From positions 1 to 64,000 of the forward strand of contig CAUYUJ010000283.1 in assembly GCA_963575745.1 (NCBI GenBank): 64,000 nt of DNA. Reading direction: 5' to 3'. The notes under the pieces were generated by a model. The model saw nothing but the letters and a program-made list of their open reading frames with translations, did not search any database and had not been told where the DNA came from. Each line of letters starts with the position of its first letter. Positions within the stretch are counted from its first letter, which is position 1. The position numbers were made by a program, and so were the translations under genes. The DNA comes from Prorocentrum cordatum (Eukaryota). Below, piece by piece: positions 39,761 through 51,250 of this stretch.

Positions 39761-42700
39761 GGAGGAGGAGGAGGAGGAGGAGGAGGATTCGGGGTAGGAG
39801 GGATGACGATGATGATGGTGATGATGAGGGGGGAAGACGACGACGACGAGGAAGAACAGGGGCAGGAAGAGGATGAAAAGGGGACGGAGGCGCTTCGACG
39901 CAGTACCGGCTGCATTTTGCTGTTGAACTCTGGGGTTGATTTTGGCGGCGGTGGTAAGACGTAAGACATGTGGTTGCCGTTGTATTTCAAACCAGACCGT
40001 GTTATTGCAAAGCCGGTATTTTGCTTGCATCATGGCCCCTTGTTGGCTGTCTCGTGAACGCGGTATTCGCCAGTGCGGTTTCGACAACGCAGCGCGGAAA
40101 CACCACCACAACAGTGAGTTTACCACAGGGCCCCTCGTCCGGCTCCTCACCTACGTGGGCCTCCGTTTGCTCCTGGGGTTCTGCAAAGGCTCTTGGGTGC
40201 AATCGCGTAGTAGAGGCAGTACTAATAGCATGATTCGTATTAATATTAGTGATAGTAGTAGGATAGAGCGATAGTAGCATGCGCGATTGTGTCCGCAGGT
40301 AGTTCCTTTCCAGTTTCGTTCTTGGATTCGTCCTACGACGCCTGCGACGAGCTCGGCCGCGTGCGCGCTGAATGTCGGGCGACGCTGCTGCTTGTCGAGG
40401 AGAACCGATACCCGAAATTCGATCGGATCGATCCAGTTCTTCGTGTTCGTCGATGGCTCGTCTGTCGAGGGGGGTTGGCATCTCCTATGTGAGTAGTACC
40501 CAGCGTCACTGCTGCTGATTGCCATGCGGCCAGGAGAGGCTGAACATGGTCGTTTACCAGCAGACTCTCGCCCTGAAGAAACACTTGTTCTGCAAGGCTT
40601 TGATGGCGATTGTGCGCTGGGACATCCAGATCCCTCACACCGTTCTCGGTCGCGTCGCCTCCTTCCTGACACCTCCGATGCAGAGCTGGGTCACCCTTTC
40701 GAGCATGGGAGCGGCCGATCATGACCCCGTGCTTCCATACGCGGGAGGCTCAGAGGGCCTGATCGTTCTGTTTGGGGGTTTTGCCGATCCGCCCGCCAGA
40801 TCACGCGCCATGTCTCGACGATGCCGCGTGGCGCGCGGCACCTGGTCCCCTTCGAGTCGCATGGTCGACGAACGGTTCGAGACTCGCCATGCGTCCTGGC
40901 GCGCGGTCCCGATCGACGATTTCACGACTGAAAAGGCAGAAACGGACTTAAACACGTCGTGCCGAAATCCGCTCCTGTGCTTTCGGGGGCCCTGCCAAGG
41001 ACCAACTCCACTTCATGTGCGGGTACCTGGCCATCGAGGCCGAGTACCCGGTCGACGATGTAGACATCGAGAGTGACTTGGCCCGCGTGGGGATCAAGTT
41101 GCACCTTCTGCGCACGCAGGACCATAATTGTTATTACAAACGTTGGAGGCGTTTTCTTCCCGTTTTCCATTTCTCGTTCTTGACTCGACCAGAACGTTCT
41201 AAAAACTACACCCCGGAATGTGGGCGCCACGCAGGCGGCATTGTGAGATAAACACAGATTAACCACGTATTGGAAACAGACATAAACGAGCAGGTCGGCC
41301 ACTGTCCGACCCCGAGGTAGAGCACGTGCCAGAAACGGTGCCCAAACAGAAGGAAAGCGCCGATCTTGAACACGGAACGAAAACGGCTCCATCGGTGTAG
41401 AATTACTTCAGCGCAGGATTCGATGCTGAGCGCCATGTGCATCCGTTGCGGCAACTTCCCCAACGGCGTGGACGCCGCCATATCCCGCCTGAGCGCCATG
41501 CGCTTCGGCTGACGGATCAATAAGTAGGCTTGTGCGATTTTAATGGGCACTGGCTTGCCCCTGTACTCGGGCAGTGCTTCGCTGGGCTTGTACACGCAGC
41601 AATGTGTGTGGGGCGATTTTACGGCGGAGCCTCGGTGCGAACACAACGCGTGCGGGCGGGAAACAGCGGCGCCGCGGATTCGTCACATATCTGGAGCGGA
41701 CGGGTCATCAGCAGAGCACCGGGTAGAAATAAGCATACGACGCTGCTGTACGCGTAAAGTCAGGAGGATGTGTAGGACAAGGAGCAAACTCACGAGCATG
41801 ACCTAATTATAATAGTAATAATTACATGAGTACACATACGGCCACTACTGCTAGACCTGATAAACTCGACTTAGCGCGTTACAACGGTGCACGCGAGCAG
41901 GCTCACGCCATGAGATGCCGCGCGACACAATGTGTCCGCGCGAGAAAGCAGCGCACGCCACATAGTCTTAAATGTCACCCCCACGGGGAGGGAGGGGGGA
42001 AGAGGGAGGATGGATGGGGGGAGGGGGGAGGGGGATGGGGAGGGGGGGATATATGGGGGGAGGAGCGAGGGAGGATGGGCGAGGAGGGAGAGGGCCAGGA
42101 GGAAAAGAGGATGTAGGAGGATGTAGGAGGAGGAGGAGGAGGAGCAGGAGGAGGAGGAGGAGGAGGAGGAGGATGTAGGAGGAGGAGGAGGAGGAGAAGG
42201 AGGAAGAGGAGGAGGTGGTGGAGGAGGAGGAGGAGGAGGAGGCAGAGGCAGAGGAGGAGGAGGAGGAGGAGGAGGAGGCAAGAAGGACGGAGGTGGGAGG
42301 GAGGAGAGGGAGGAACGCAGCGGAGCCCTGGAGGCCCCAGAGATAAAGCTCCCTGGAGCTCTGGGGACATCCGAGAGGGCTCCTGGAAGCTCCAGAGCCG
42401 AGGGGGCTGCTATCGGAATGCGTCAACTAAACGCCTGCAACGAAACTGGCCAGGCCATTTCTGGGCCCCGGGTCGTGCAGCTGTCCTACTCGCCGAGCCA
42501 TCAGAACGCATACGTGGACCTTGGCTCCAAGATCGGCCTGGCCAGGATCGGTGCAAATGTACACCGAGACCGCTGGCGCTTCGATGTTTGTCCGATGCGT
42601 GGGTCCCCGAACCTCTCGACCCCTTACCTGGGGCCGTTCTTGTTTCTCCCGGGCTGTTTTTGATCACGGCGCCGAGGCCCAGAAGCCTGGCCTCCAGAGG

Positions 42701-42964
42701 CCAATAACGGGGACAAGCTGATCGCCTCCATTTGTTCGAGGCGCCAAATGTATGGGAACCGATGCTTCGGGGGGGATCCAGGATTTTCGTGGGGTGAAGG
42801 AAAAAGGGGTTGAGAGACCATGTAAGCAAATCCTCCTCCTCATACTCCTCCTCCTCCTCCTCTCCTTCTTCCTCCTACTCCTCCTCCTCTTCCTCCTCCT
42901 CCTACTCCTCCAGTCCTATCCTTTTAGAGAACCCCTCCCTGTCGCGCCCCCAGACATGACAGCA

Positions 42965-43720
42965 AGGCGGGCCCGGCGTTTTGCTTGAGATGTCATCGCC
43001 ATCCGTGATGCCGAAGCTTGAAGGTTGCAACAGCTTCACGGATGGAGGGCAGGTCTTGCGCGCACTTTCGTTTCGAAGGTTTGCAGCAGCTTCACGGACG
43101 GAGGGCGCTCCTTTCGCAAAAATGTGGCTCTCGCCCTAGTGCTGCGCACATTCAACTTAAAAAGTGTACAATTCCAAATGATGCAGGAGAGGCCGCTTTC
43201 AACGCTCACGCTTTGGCGCCGCGCGCATTCGTCGTATAAGTGTGCACTTGTCTCAAAGATGAGGGGGCAAGCCGCTGTCAAAATGTGGCTGTCGCCTTAG
43301 CGCCGCGAACATTCGTCTTAAACATGTGCAGCAATTTTGAGATTGAGGGCGGTTCCTTTTTTCAAAGCTGCGGATCTCGCCATGGCACCGCGCACATTCG
43401 TCTTAACAGTTAACAGAAGATGAAAGGGTTCGTATGGTTGAAGTCCAGGAATGGTGTTCTGAACGACTTACAATTGTCAGGACGCGACGGTCGTGTTGAT
43501 TCGCGGTGTTGAAATCCCAGGAATGATTTTCTGACACGGTTAAGGATTGTCAAGACGCAAGAGTCACGTTGGATCGCAGCGACGAGTTCCAGGAATTGCG
43601 CTTTGGCGTGATTGTAAGTTCTTAAACGGTTGCCTTCCAATGGGGCACTTCTCGCAATGAAATGAAATTATTGCAGGGACCTATGAAGAGGGAATTTGGA
43701 GGAACGGTGTCTTGCAACAT
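42965..43720 (+). mobile_element. Dispersed element with internal ~83-bp tandem units
   Basis: Homologous end to end with 26945-27750. Confidence 0.65.
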
Positions 43721-44472
43721 CCTCCTCCTCCTCCTCCATCTCCCCCCTCCCCCCTCCAGAACGGCCACTGAAGAGCAACGGTCCTTAAGAACACGGCGAA
43801 ATTCAGCGCAGCCGCGACCGTGTAGATCGCCTCTCTCTCTCTCTCACGCGCGAGCTCCCGCGCACAACACCGATCCACCCCCCTCCTCTCCACGCCGCTG
43901 CCGCCGCTTCCCGGCCGCTGCTTCCGCCAACTGCTGCTGCCCCAGCCACACAAAAACCGGGTGGCCAACGAACCCCAAGGGGCCCAAGCGTGACCGGCGG
44001 GATTGAGTGCATGACACCGTCGGGCTGCGTCCACCGTCTCATTCGCCCTCCCCCGCCCCTCCCCTCCCCCTCGTGCTGTTCCTCCTCCTCCTCCTCCTCA
44101 TCATTCTTCTCCTCCTCCTCCTCATCCTCGTTATTACCCTCCTCTTCCTTTTCCTCTTCCTCTTCCTCCTCCTCCTCCTCATCATCATCAGTTTCGTCCT
44201 CTTCCTCATCTTCATCGTCATTCTCAGCCGCCTCTTCCTCGCCCTCCCACTTTATCTTACTCCTCCTCCTCCTCTTCCTCCTCCTCCTCTTGCTCTGTTT
44301 TGCTTTTCCTCTGTTCTGTCCCCTATCTGCTGCTCCAACCTCTCCCATCCTCTATCTTCTCTCCTCCTCCTCCTCCGCCTCCTCCTCCTCGCCCTCGTCC
44401 TCGTCCTCCTCCTCCTCCTCCTCCGCACCTCCTCCTCCTCGTCGTCCTCCTCCTCCTCCTCCGCCTCCTCCT

Positions 44473-44910
44473 CTGCGGTATGCGGAACTACTCCGAGAGA
44501 GATAGTGATCACCTCGCTCACGACAGACCTGGCAAATGCGATAGATGCTGACGACTGCTGATGGCATTAACGGCCTATCAGTCTAGCTTCCATCCGCGAC
44601 CGCACGTCCAAATCTCAAGAAATCGAAAACATGCGATGGACCGCCTGTCTCCTGGATCAGCGCCCGTGCCCCAAAAACTGGCCCACGGCCTTGAGCCGTG
44701 CGACGCGCGTGAACCAAAGTCAGAATCCGGACCCTCCCCCGAGATGTTCGCCAATGCTTATGAGAACAAGGAGTTTGCATTTGAGACGCATGTTATTCCT
44801 CATATGTAGTGTCACGTTTTTCTGTACTGGGGCACCCAAGGAGTCCTGACTACCCCCGGTATTGAAAACTCCGGTGGTGGGAGAAAAAAACGAAGCGCTC
44901 GAGAAAGTAC
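44473..44910. repeat. Unique block of a ~0.9-kb tandem duplication, copy 1
   Basis: About 17 substitutions (hand count) versus 52991-53430; the adjoining CT-rich part at 44110-44430 is also repeated at 45050-45350. Confidence 0.9.
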
Positions 44911-45512
44911 TCCTCCTCCTCCTCCGCGCCCTCCTCCTCCTCCTCCTCCTCCTCCTCCTCCTCCTCCTCCTCCTCCTCCTCCTCCTCCTCCTCCCCCTCC
45001 CCCTCCTCCTCCTCGTTCTCCTCCTCCTTCTCCTCCTCCTCCACCTCCTCCTCGTTATTACCCTCCTCTTCCTTTTCCTCTTCCTCTTCCTCCTCCTCCT
45101 CCTCATCATCAGTTTCGTCCTCTTCCTCGTCTTCATCGTCATTCTCAGCCGCCCTCTTCCTCGCCCTCCCCCCTTTATCCTACTCCTCCTCCTCCTCCTC
45201 TCCTCCTCCTCCTCCTCCTCTTCCTCCTCCTCCTCCTCTTGCTCTGTTTTGCTTTGCCTCTGTTCTGTACCCTATCTGCTGCTCCAACCTCTCATCCTCT
45301 ATCTTCTCTCCTCCTCCTCCTCCTCCTCCTCCGCCTCCTCCTCCTCCGCACCTCCTCCTCCTCCTCCTCCTCCTCCTCCTCCTCCTCCTCCTCCTCCTCC
45401 TCCTCCTCTCCTCCTCCCCTCCCTCCTCCTCCTCCTCCTCCTCCCCTCCTCCCCCTCCCCCTCCTCCTCCTCCTCCTCCTCCTCCTCCTCCTCCTCCTCC
45501 TCCTCCTCCTCC

Positions 45513-45534
45513 TCCGTAGCCATTTTGGCTCAAG
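45513..45534 (+). other. Perfect dinoflagellate spliced leader (DinoSL) forming the 5' end of a LINE
   Basis: TCCGTAGCCATTTTGGCTCAAG matches the DCCGTAGCCATTTTGGCTCAAG consensus 22/22; not followed by the GT/GC donor expected of an SL RNA gene. Confidence 0.97.
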
Positions 45535-45671
45535 CCGTTTGGGCCCCGACCGTCCGAGGTGCTGAGGCGCACCACGGGCTTTTGTGGCCCCCGACAATCT
45601 CCACGCGATTTCGGCTGGGATCGACAGTCCCCGAGGCGGGATCCAGATCACAAATAGTCGGTAGCAAAACG

Positions 45672-46931
45672 ATGGGCAAGAGCAAGCGCTCTCGCATCGC
45701 GAAGAAGCAGCAGGAGGTGCAGCCTGGGGACCCATGGCCGCCGCTCCCGCTCCGTCCTGGGCCTCAGCAGGCCGCGCCGCGGGGGAGCGGCATCGGGTGG
45801 GCGCCATGGCACGTGCCTCAGTCGTGGTTCGTGCCGCCGCCGCCGCCCTTGCCTGGGGCTGTGCGGCACCAGCGTGAGTCTCCCCAGGCTCAGGACACCA
45901 AGGTGAAGTGCTCGGCATGTCTGCGCTGGGCCTGGACCAGTAAGTTGGCGATGTATAAGAATACGTGCCTCTGCGGGGCGCCTTTCAGCAACCTTCCGCC
46001 GCCCGAGGCCGTCGAGGGCGGTGGCGGGCCCAAGCATGGCAAGGGCAAGGGCAAGGGGAAGGACCTGGGCGCGTTGGAGGCGCAGCTTGAGGCGGTCATC
46101 AAGGCGCGTGGCGGCACCGAGCAGGCGAAGGCGGCCCAGGCGCTGCTGGACGCCACTCGGGCCGCTGGCAAGAAGACGGACACGGCGCTGCCGATCACGC
46201 AGCAGGTGACGGCGGCGGCGTCGAAGGTGCAACGGGCTCAGTCGGCCTTCGACAAGGCCCAGTCTCAGCAGTTGAAGTTGACCAAGGAATTGGAGAAGTG
46301 TAAGAAGACGCTCCTGGATGCAGCGCAGACGTTGGCACAGGCTGAGGCGGAGAGGGCCACCCTGTTCCGCTCCATGGTGCCGACGGATTCGGGCGGTGGC
46401 GCCCAGGCGAGCAACACCATCGATTTGTCGGCGCTGCTGTCGGCGCAGTCGGTGGACGACTCTTTGTTCTCCATCTCTCTCGGTGCGGAGTTCAATAATG
46501 AGGACGGGCTCATTGAGCAAAAGGATTTGGAGGAGCTGGATCGTCGCAAAAAGGCTGTCATGGAGGCGCTGATGCACACCTTGCGGGCCACTTTCGGCGA
46601 GGCTCACGAGAAGCTCAAGGAGCACCGCGACAACCTGTCGGCGATGCGCGAGAAGGTCGCCAAGCGGCGCAGGGAGCACTCGCCTGGGCCACCTCAGGTG
46701 GCGGAGGCGACGGGCGACGGCCCTGCGCCTACGGCGGCCTCGGCCGACCAGGCAGCCTCGGGCGCAGCCGCCAGCTCGGCGGCAGGCGGCTCTGCGGGCG
46801 ACGGAGGCGAGCCCGACGCTGTGGAGGCGGCGCGCCTGGCTGCCCTGGAGAGCAAGCTCAAGGCGGACGCGGAGGCTATGCTGGCGACGGCGCGCTTGGC
46901 GGCGGCTACGGCTGGGCCGCCGAGCCTTTAG
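45672..46931 (+). CDS. LINE ORF1 (419 aa): basic N-terminus, Cys cluster, coiled coil
   Basis: First ATG after the SL (MGKSKRSR); CSAC...CLCGAPF zinc-finger-like motif; GKGKGKG; heptad-rich Ala/Gln/Lys helices; no interruptions. Confidence 0.8.
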   Translation: MGKSKRSRIAKKQQEVQPGDPWPPLPLRPGPQQAAPRGSGIGWAPWHVPQSWFVPPPPPLPGAVRHQRESPQAQDTKVKCSACLRWAWTSKLAMYKNTCLCGAPFSNLPPPEAVEGGGGPKHGKGKGKGKDLGALEAQLEAVIKARGGTEQAKAAQALLDATRAAGKKTDTALPITQQVTAAASKVQRAQSAFDKAQSQQLKLTKELEKCKKTLLDAAQTLAQAEAERATLFRSMVPTDSGGGAQASNTIDLSALLSAQSVDDSLFSISLGAEFNNEDGLIEQKDLEELDRRKKAVMEALMHTLRATFGEAHEKLKEHRDNLSAMREKVAKRRREHSPGPPQVAEATGDGPAPTAASADQAASGAAASSAAGGSAGDGGEPDAVEAARLAALESKLKADAEAMLATARLAAATAGPPSL

Positions 46932-47106
46932 CCTCTCGGATCCCCTCGATCGTGGCGGGCCTGAAGGTCGAGGGGCATGCCCGCCAGCTACGAGTTCGAG
47001 TTCGGCCCCTACAAGTGCTGGCGCTGCTGCGGACGCTCTGGCCACTGGAACCCCCTCAACCCCTTTCGCTGCAGCGCGTGGGCGTGAGCCCTGTCCGCAG
47101 TCGACG

Positions 47107-50100
47107 GTGTCGACTGTGGGGGCCGCTGAAGGGGGGGAGGCGTGCGGTCTCGGTGGCCCCGCGGCTGTGGTGGCTTCGTCGTCTGGGGCTTCCAGTTCGT
47201 GTACAGACCTGGCAACCGCAGGCCCCCCCCGCCGCTCTCCGAGCGGTCTCCAAGGGGTTAAAGGGGGGGAGCGCCTTCTCGGGGGCCAGGTCGGATCGGA
47301 TGCAGTTGTGGCCCGCCGTACGCTGCACATGCGGAACTTGGGTGGATGGGGACCTGCTACGCGATCTGTTTGCCGAGGTCGTGCCGCTGATATCCTCGTG
47401 TTTCCTGAGACTCATGTTCCTGAGGCTGGATCATACGAGTTGTTGCATGATTGGCGCAAGGCAGGATACATTGGCATGTTGTCGGCCGCCTACGAGCAGA
47501 ACGGGAAGTCTCGTGCAGGTGGCATTACTATGGGCACTTTGAAGAAGTATAAGGTTCAGTCGGTGAGGCATTTGGCGTCGTCGCCATCGGACCAGGTCGG
47601 GCTTCGTGACCTGGATCGGCGTCCAGAGGCTATGCCAGGCATCGACTTCCGTGATATGGTGGCTATGCAGCTACGGGCCCAGGGCCAGTCGTTGTTGATC
47701 GTTGGTGTGTACATGACCTCTTCGATCGGGCCGAAGGCAAACGCTCCCAAGCTCGCTAACGTTGGCACTTTGGTTTCGACGGTTCAAGGGCCGTGGTTGG
47801 CCATCGGTGACTGGAATATGACCCCAAATGAGTTAGCTGGTACGGGGTGGTTGGGTCTTGTGAATGGCAATGTGATCGTTCCGTCTAACACTGAGTACAC
47901 GTGCACGTTGGGGTCAGGGCGCATGTTGGATTATATCGTGGCTTCTCCGCATGCATTGCCTTGGGTCGAGTCTCTTTTGGCGGACTTTCAGGCGGTGGAG
48001 GGGGCGGGCAAGGCCCATTATGGGCTCCAGCTCAGCCTCAACTTCGACGCATGCCGCGCCAGAGCGTGGCTCATGAGGTTGCCGCGAGCTTTCCCACACC
48101 CTGCTCGGCCTAAGCCGTGCGCTGACCCCGATAGCAAGCGGTCGCGGAAGAAAGCGGAGCTGCAGGCGGACCGAGAAGTTCAACCCCAGCAGGGTGTCAT
48201 GCCCGCTCCGTCGTCGTGGGGGCCGAGGCGCACGCTGGTCATCAAGAGCCCGCCCCCGTTGCAATACGCCCTTTTCGAGGAGGAGGATGACGAGTTTTTC
48301 ACGGACGGGGAGGACACGGACGTCCCTGAAGATGATGATGATGTGCAGGTGGCCGTCTCTGATTCGGAAGTGGACACGCATGCCTCGATTCAGTTGGAGT
48401 GGTCGTCGGAGGCGAAGGATCTGTTGTGGCAGCAGGTGGCGCCCGCAGTTTCGCGTCGACCCGTTCCTGATTTTGTTCAGCAGTCGTTGGCGTTTCAGGC
48501 GGCCGGGGAGGAAGCTTATGACCTCGGAGATGTTTTCGCGTCTTGGGTCTCAACCATGGAGTTGTATTATCTTGAATTGTATAAGGTGGACCCCTTGGCG
48601 AGGAGGCAGTACCGTGGTCGTGACTCCTTGCGGGGCCCTCAGTTGGGAGTCTATGCTGGAAGTAAGCCGTACCCTACTGCCGCTGATCCCAGTGCTCGCT
48701 GGTGGGCCTCTGTGGCTAACTTGTTGGAGGAGTTGGTGGGCCAGAAGGGGGATAAGCGCAATCTCCCTCGAGCTCGGCATCTTCGGGACCAGCTCTCGCA
48801 GCTGGCTGGCTCCATCCCGTCCACGCAGATCGTTCCCTTGCCTGTCCGCCGTCGTGATCGATGGCTTCGCGGTCTACGAACTCTGGATGGTGCGACCTCG
48901 GAGTCTCTGGCGGCCTTCGCTGCTGGGGCGCGCAGGGCCTCGGGCCAGGCCCTGCGCGCTGTCGCTCGGCAGCGTCACCACGCTTTTCGCGATTGGGTCC
49001 ATCAGCAGGCTGTTCTGGGATGCGGCGCTCTGCATCGGTTTGTGCGTGACCCCACGGCCGAGGTCAGCGAGGTCAGAGTGCACGGCGATACGTCTTTTGA
49101 TGCGGCCTCTGTGATGGAGGCCAAGGCGGCGCTCTGGAGTGCGATATGGACACCATCCAACGTCGACGACGACCAGGCGCTCCGCGTGCTGCAGCGGGCT
49201 CGGCGGCTGGCGCTTCAGGACGAGCTGGAGCCCCTCACTCTTGTCCAGCTGGAGGAGGCGCTCCGTGCGGTGCCGCCTCGGAAGGCGCGCGGCATCGAGT
49301 CGGTCGGCCAGCGGGACGTTTGGTGGCTGCCTGAGTCGGGCCGCCGTGCGCTACTCGAATTGTTTCATTTGATCGAGGCCAAGGTTGCTTGGCCTTGGCA
49401 ATGGCTCACCGCTATCGTTGTTTTGCTTCGCAAACCTGATGTGCGCAAGGATCGCGCCATAGGCTTGCTCACCTGGTTGGGTCGGTTGTGGAGCCGCATG
49501 CGGTCTCGCCCTGCGGAAGTGTGGGCTGCGGCTCGCTCTGGTCCTTGGGACGCCGCAGTTCGAGGCAACAGCGCTCTACGAGAGGCTCTGCTCAGGTGCT
49601 ATGCCGACGAGGCTGCGCTTGCCTCAGTCCTGCCTGAATATTGCTCTGCCTCAGTTCTGTGGGATGTGGAAGCGTTCTATGACACTATTCGATGGGATCG
49701 CGTGGTCGACCATGCGATTGATCTTGAGTTTCCTCCGCACCCCCTAGCCTTGGAGGGTATCCTTCACATGGGGCCTCGGCTTTTGAGGGGCGAGGGGGTT
49801 TTTGCTCCGCCTATCATTCCGCACGGAGGGCTTGTGGCTGGAGCTCGCAGGGCCCCCGATTTCTCGAAATGTCAAATGTTCGAGATTTGTGAACGTGCGT
49901 ATGCCAGCAGTGCTCTTGTTTCCCTCCGTACGTGGATCGACGATGTCACCCAGCGTGCGGAAGGTCTTAAGCGAGATGTCATTCGTGAATTAATCCAAGC
50001 TGGGGCTGTTTTTGCCTCGGGCTGCGAGCAGGAGCAGCTGAGGATTGCTAGCAAGTCGATTATTGTGGCGTCTGAGATTTCGGTGGCGCGGGCTATTCAA

Positions 50101-50450
50101 GCTGGCCTAGGACTGAAAGGCATCCAGGTCGATGTGGCCTCGGTTGCGGCGGATCTGGGTATTGAAAGGGGCAGTGGCGTTTCTGTCGCCAAGCCCCGCC
50201 ACTCGAAGCGTCTCAGGCAAGCCACTCGTAGGGCGTGTCGTATCCATAAGTTAGCTGCTGTGGCCCCTCGGAAGATCGGGGCGCGTTTGATCCTCACTGG
50301 GGCTTTGCCGCAGGCGTCCTACGCCTGGAAGGTTTTTGGGGTCGCGCCCTCGGTCCTCCAGAAATGGCGACGGGCTTTAGCCAGCAGCTTAACTCGAGGC
50401 TTGGCGGGGCGATGTCTCACGACCCTGCTGGCCTTGGAAGTTAAAAAAAG
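47107..50450 (+). CDS. LINE ORF2 part 1: apurinic-like endonuclease and reverse transcriptase
   Basis: EN: MRNLGG, FPETH, GVYM, IGDWNMTP, LDYIV. RT: LLRKPD..DRAIGLL, LWDVEAFYDTI, GLVAG, TWIDDV, DLGI. Frame shifts at the A7 run (50443-50449); true start uncertain. Confidence 0.9.
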
Positions 50451-51250
50451 GACCCTGCTTTCACCACGGTGTTTCAGCTTCTGGAGTCCTGGTTTCAGAT
50501 TGTTGCTGCGCTGCCTGAAAAAGGAGTGGACCGCATGCGTGCCTGTTGGTCCGCCACGGTCGAGAGGATCGATAGCTTGGGCCCCCAGCGCAGGTGGCAT
50601 AATATAAAAGGACCCGTGTCGGCTGTGGTCGCTACCATGACGGCCTTGGGATGGAAGCTCGACGGGCCTTGGTCTTGGGTCGCTCCTGGGGGTGATGTCT
50701 TCGCTGTTCCCGATGAGCTTCGATCCCAGGCTTGTATGACGTCGGATTTTAAAAAGGAAGTGGACCGTAGCATTGAGGCGCGTTTATGGTCTGCCGCCGC
50801 CGAGTTCCGCAATGGAGGGGGTCTTGCATCAGGCGTCGACCTCGCGATTGCTTGGCGGCACCTTGCGTCCTTGCGTAGGAAGTCACCTCAGAAGGCTGGC
50901 TCGCTCAGGGCTGTCCTTACTGGGGCCGTCTGGACGAGGGGCCGTATTCAGGCTTCTGGGGGTGAGTGTGAGCTCACCTGCCCCCGTTGCAACTCGGCCC
51001 CCGAAACGGACGTCCACCGGTTCTGGGAATGCCCGTGCAACAGTGAGTTTCAGGAAGTGGACGATGGGTTCGCGCGTAAGGCTGCCTCTGTGGCTGCCGA
51101 TTTCCCATGTTTCTGGCTTCGCGGTCTCGTGCCCCGTGAGTGGACGTTCGTCCCTCCGCCTCCCGACGACCCCATCCTCTGTGCCGCTGGTGCGTTTCCT
51201 GGGCCTCGGGGGGGAACTCGCATCTGGGGCGCGGGGGATGCGAGTGGTGG
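50451..51250 (+). CDS. LINE ORF2 part 2: post-RT region, CCHC zinc finger, start of RNase H
   Basis: WHNIKGPVSAVVAT, CPRCNSAPETDVHRFWECPCN, CFWLRGLVP, GDASGG. Confidence 0.8.

Larger units (their letters stand above)
35278..41980. mobile_element. Candidate 6.7-kb TIR-bounded element with nested insertions
   Basis: GGGTGACATTTCAGACTATGTGGCGT (35278-35303) matches the reverse complement of 41955-41980 at 25/26; no clear TSD and no recognisable transposase. Confidence 0.5.

Noticed and set aside
45513..45600. SL RNA gene
   Set aside because: The SL is followed by CC rather than a GT/GC donor and leads into a 5' UTR and ORF1
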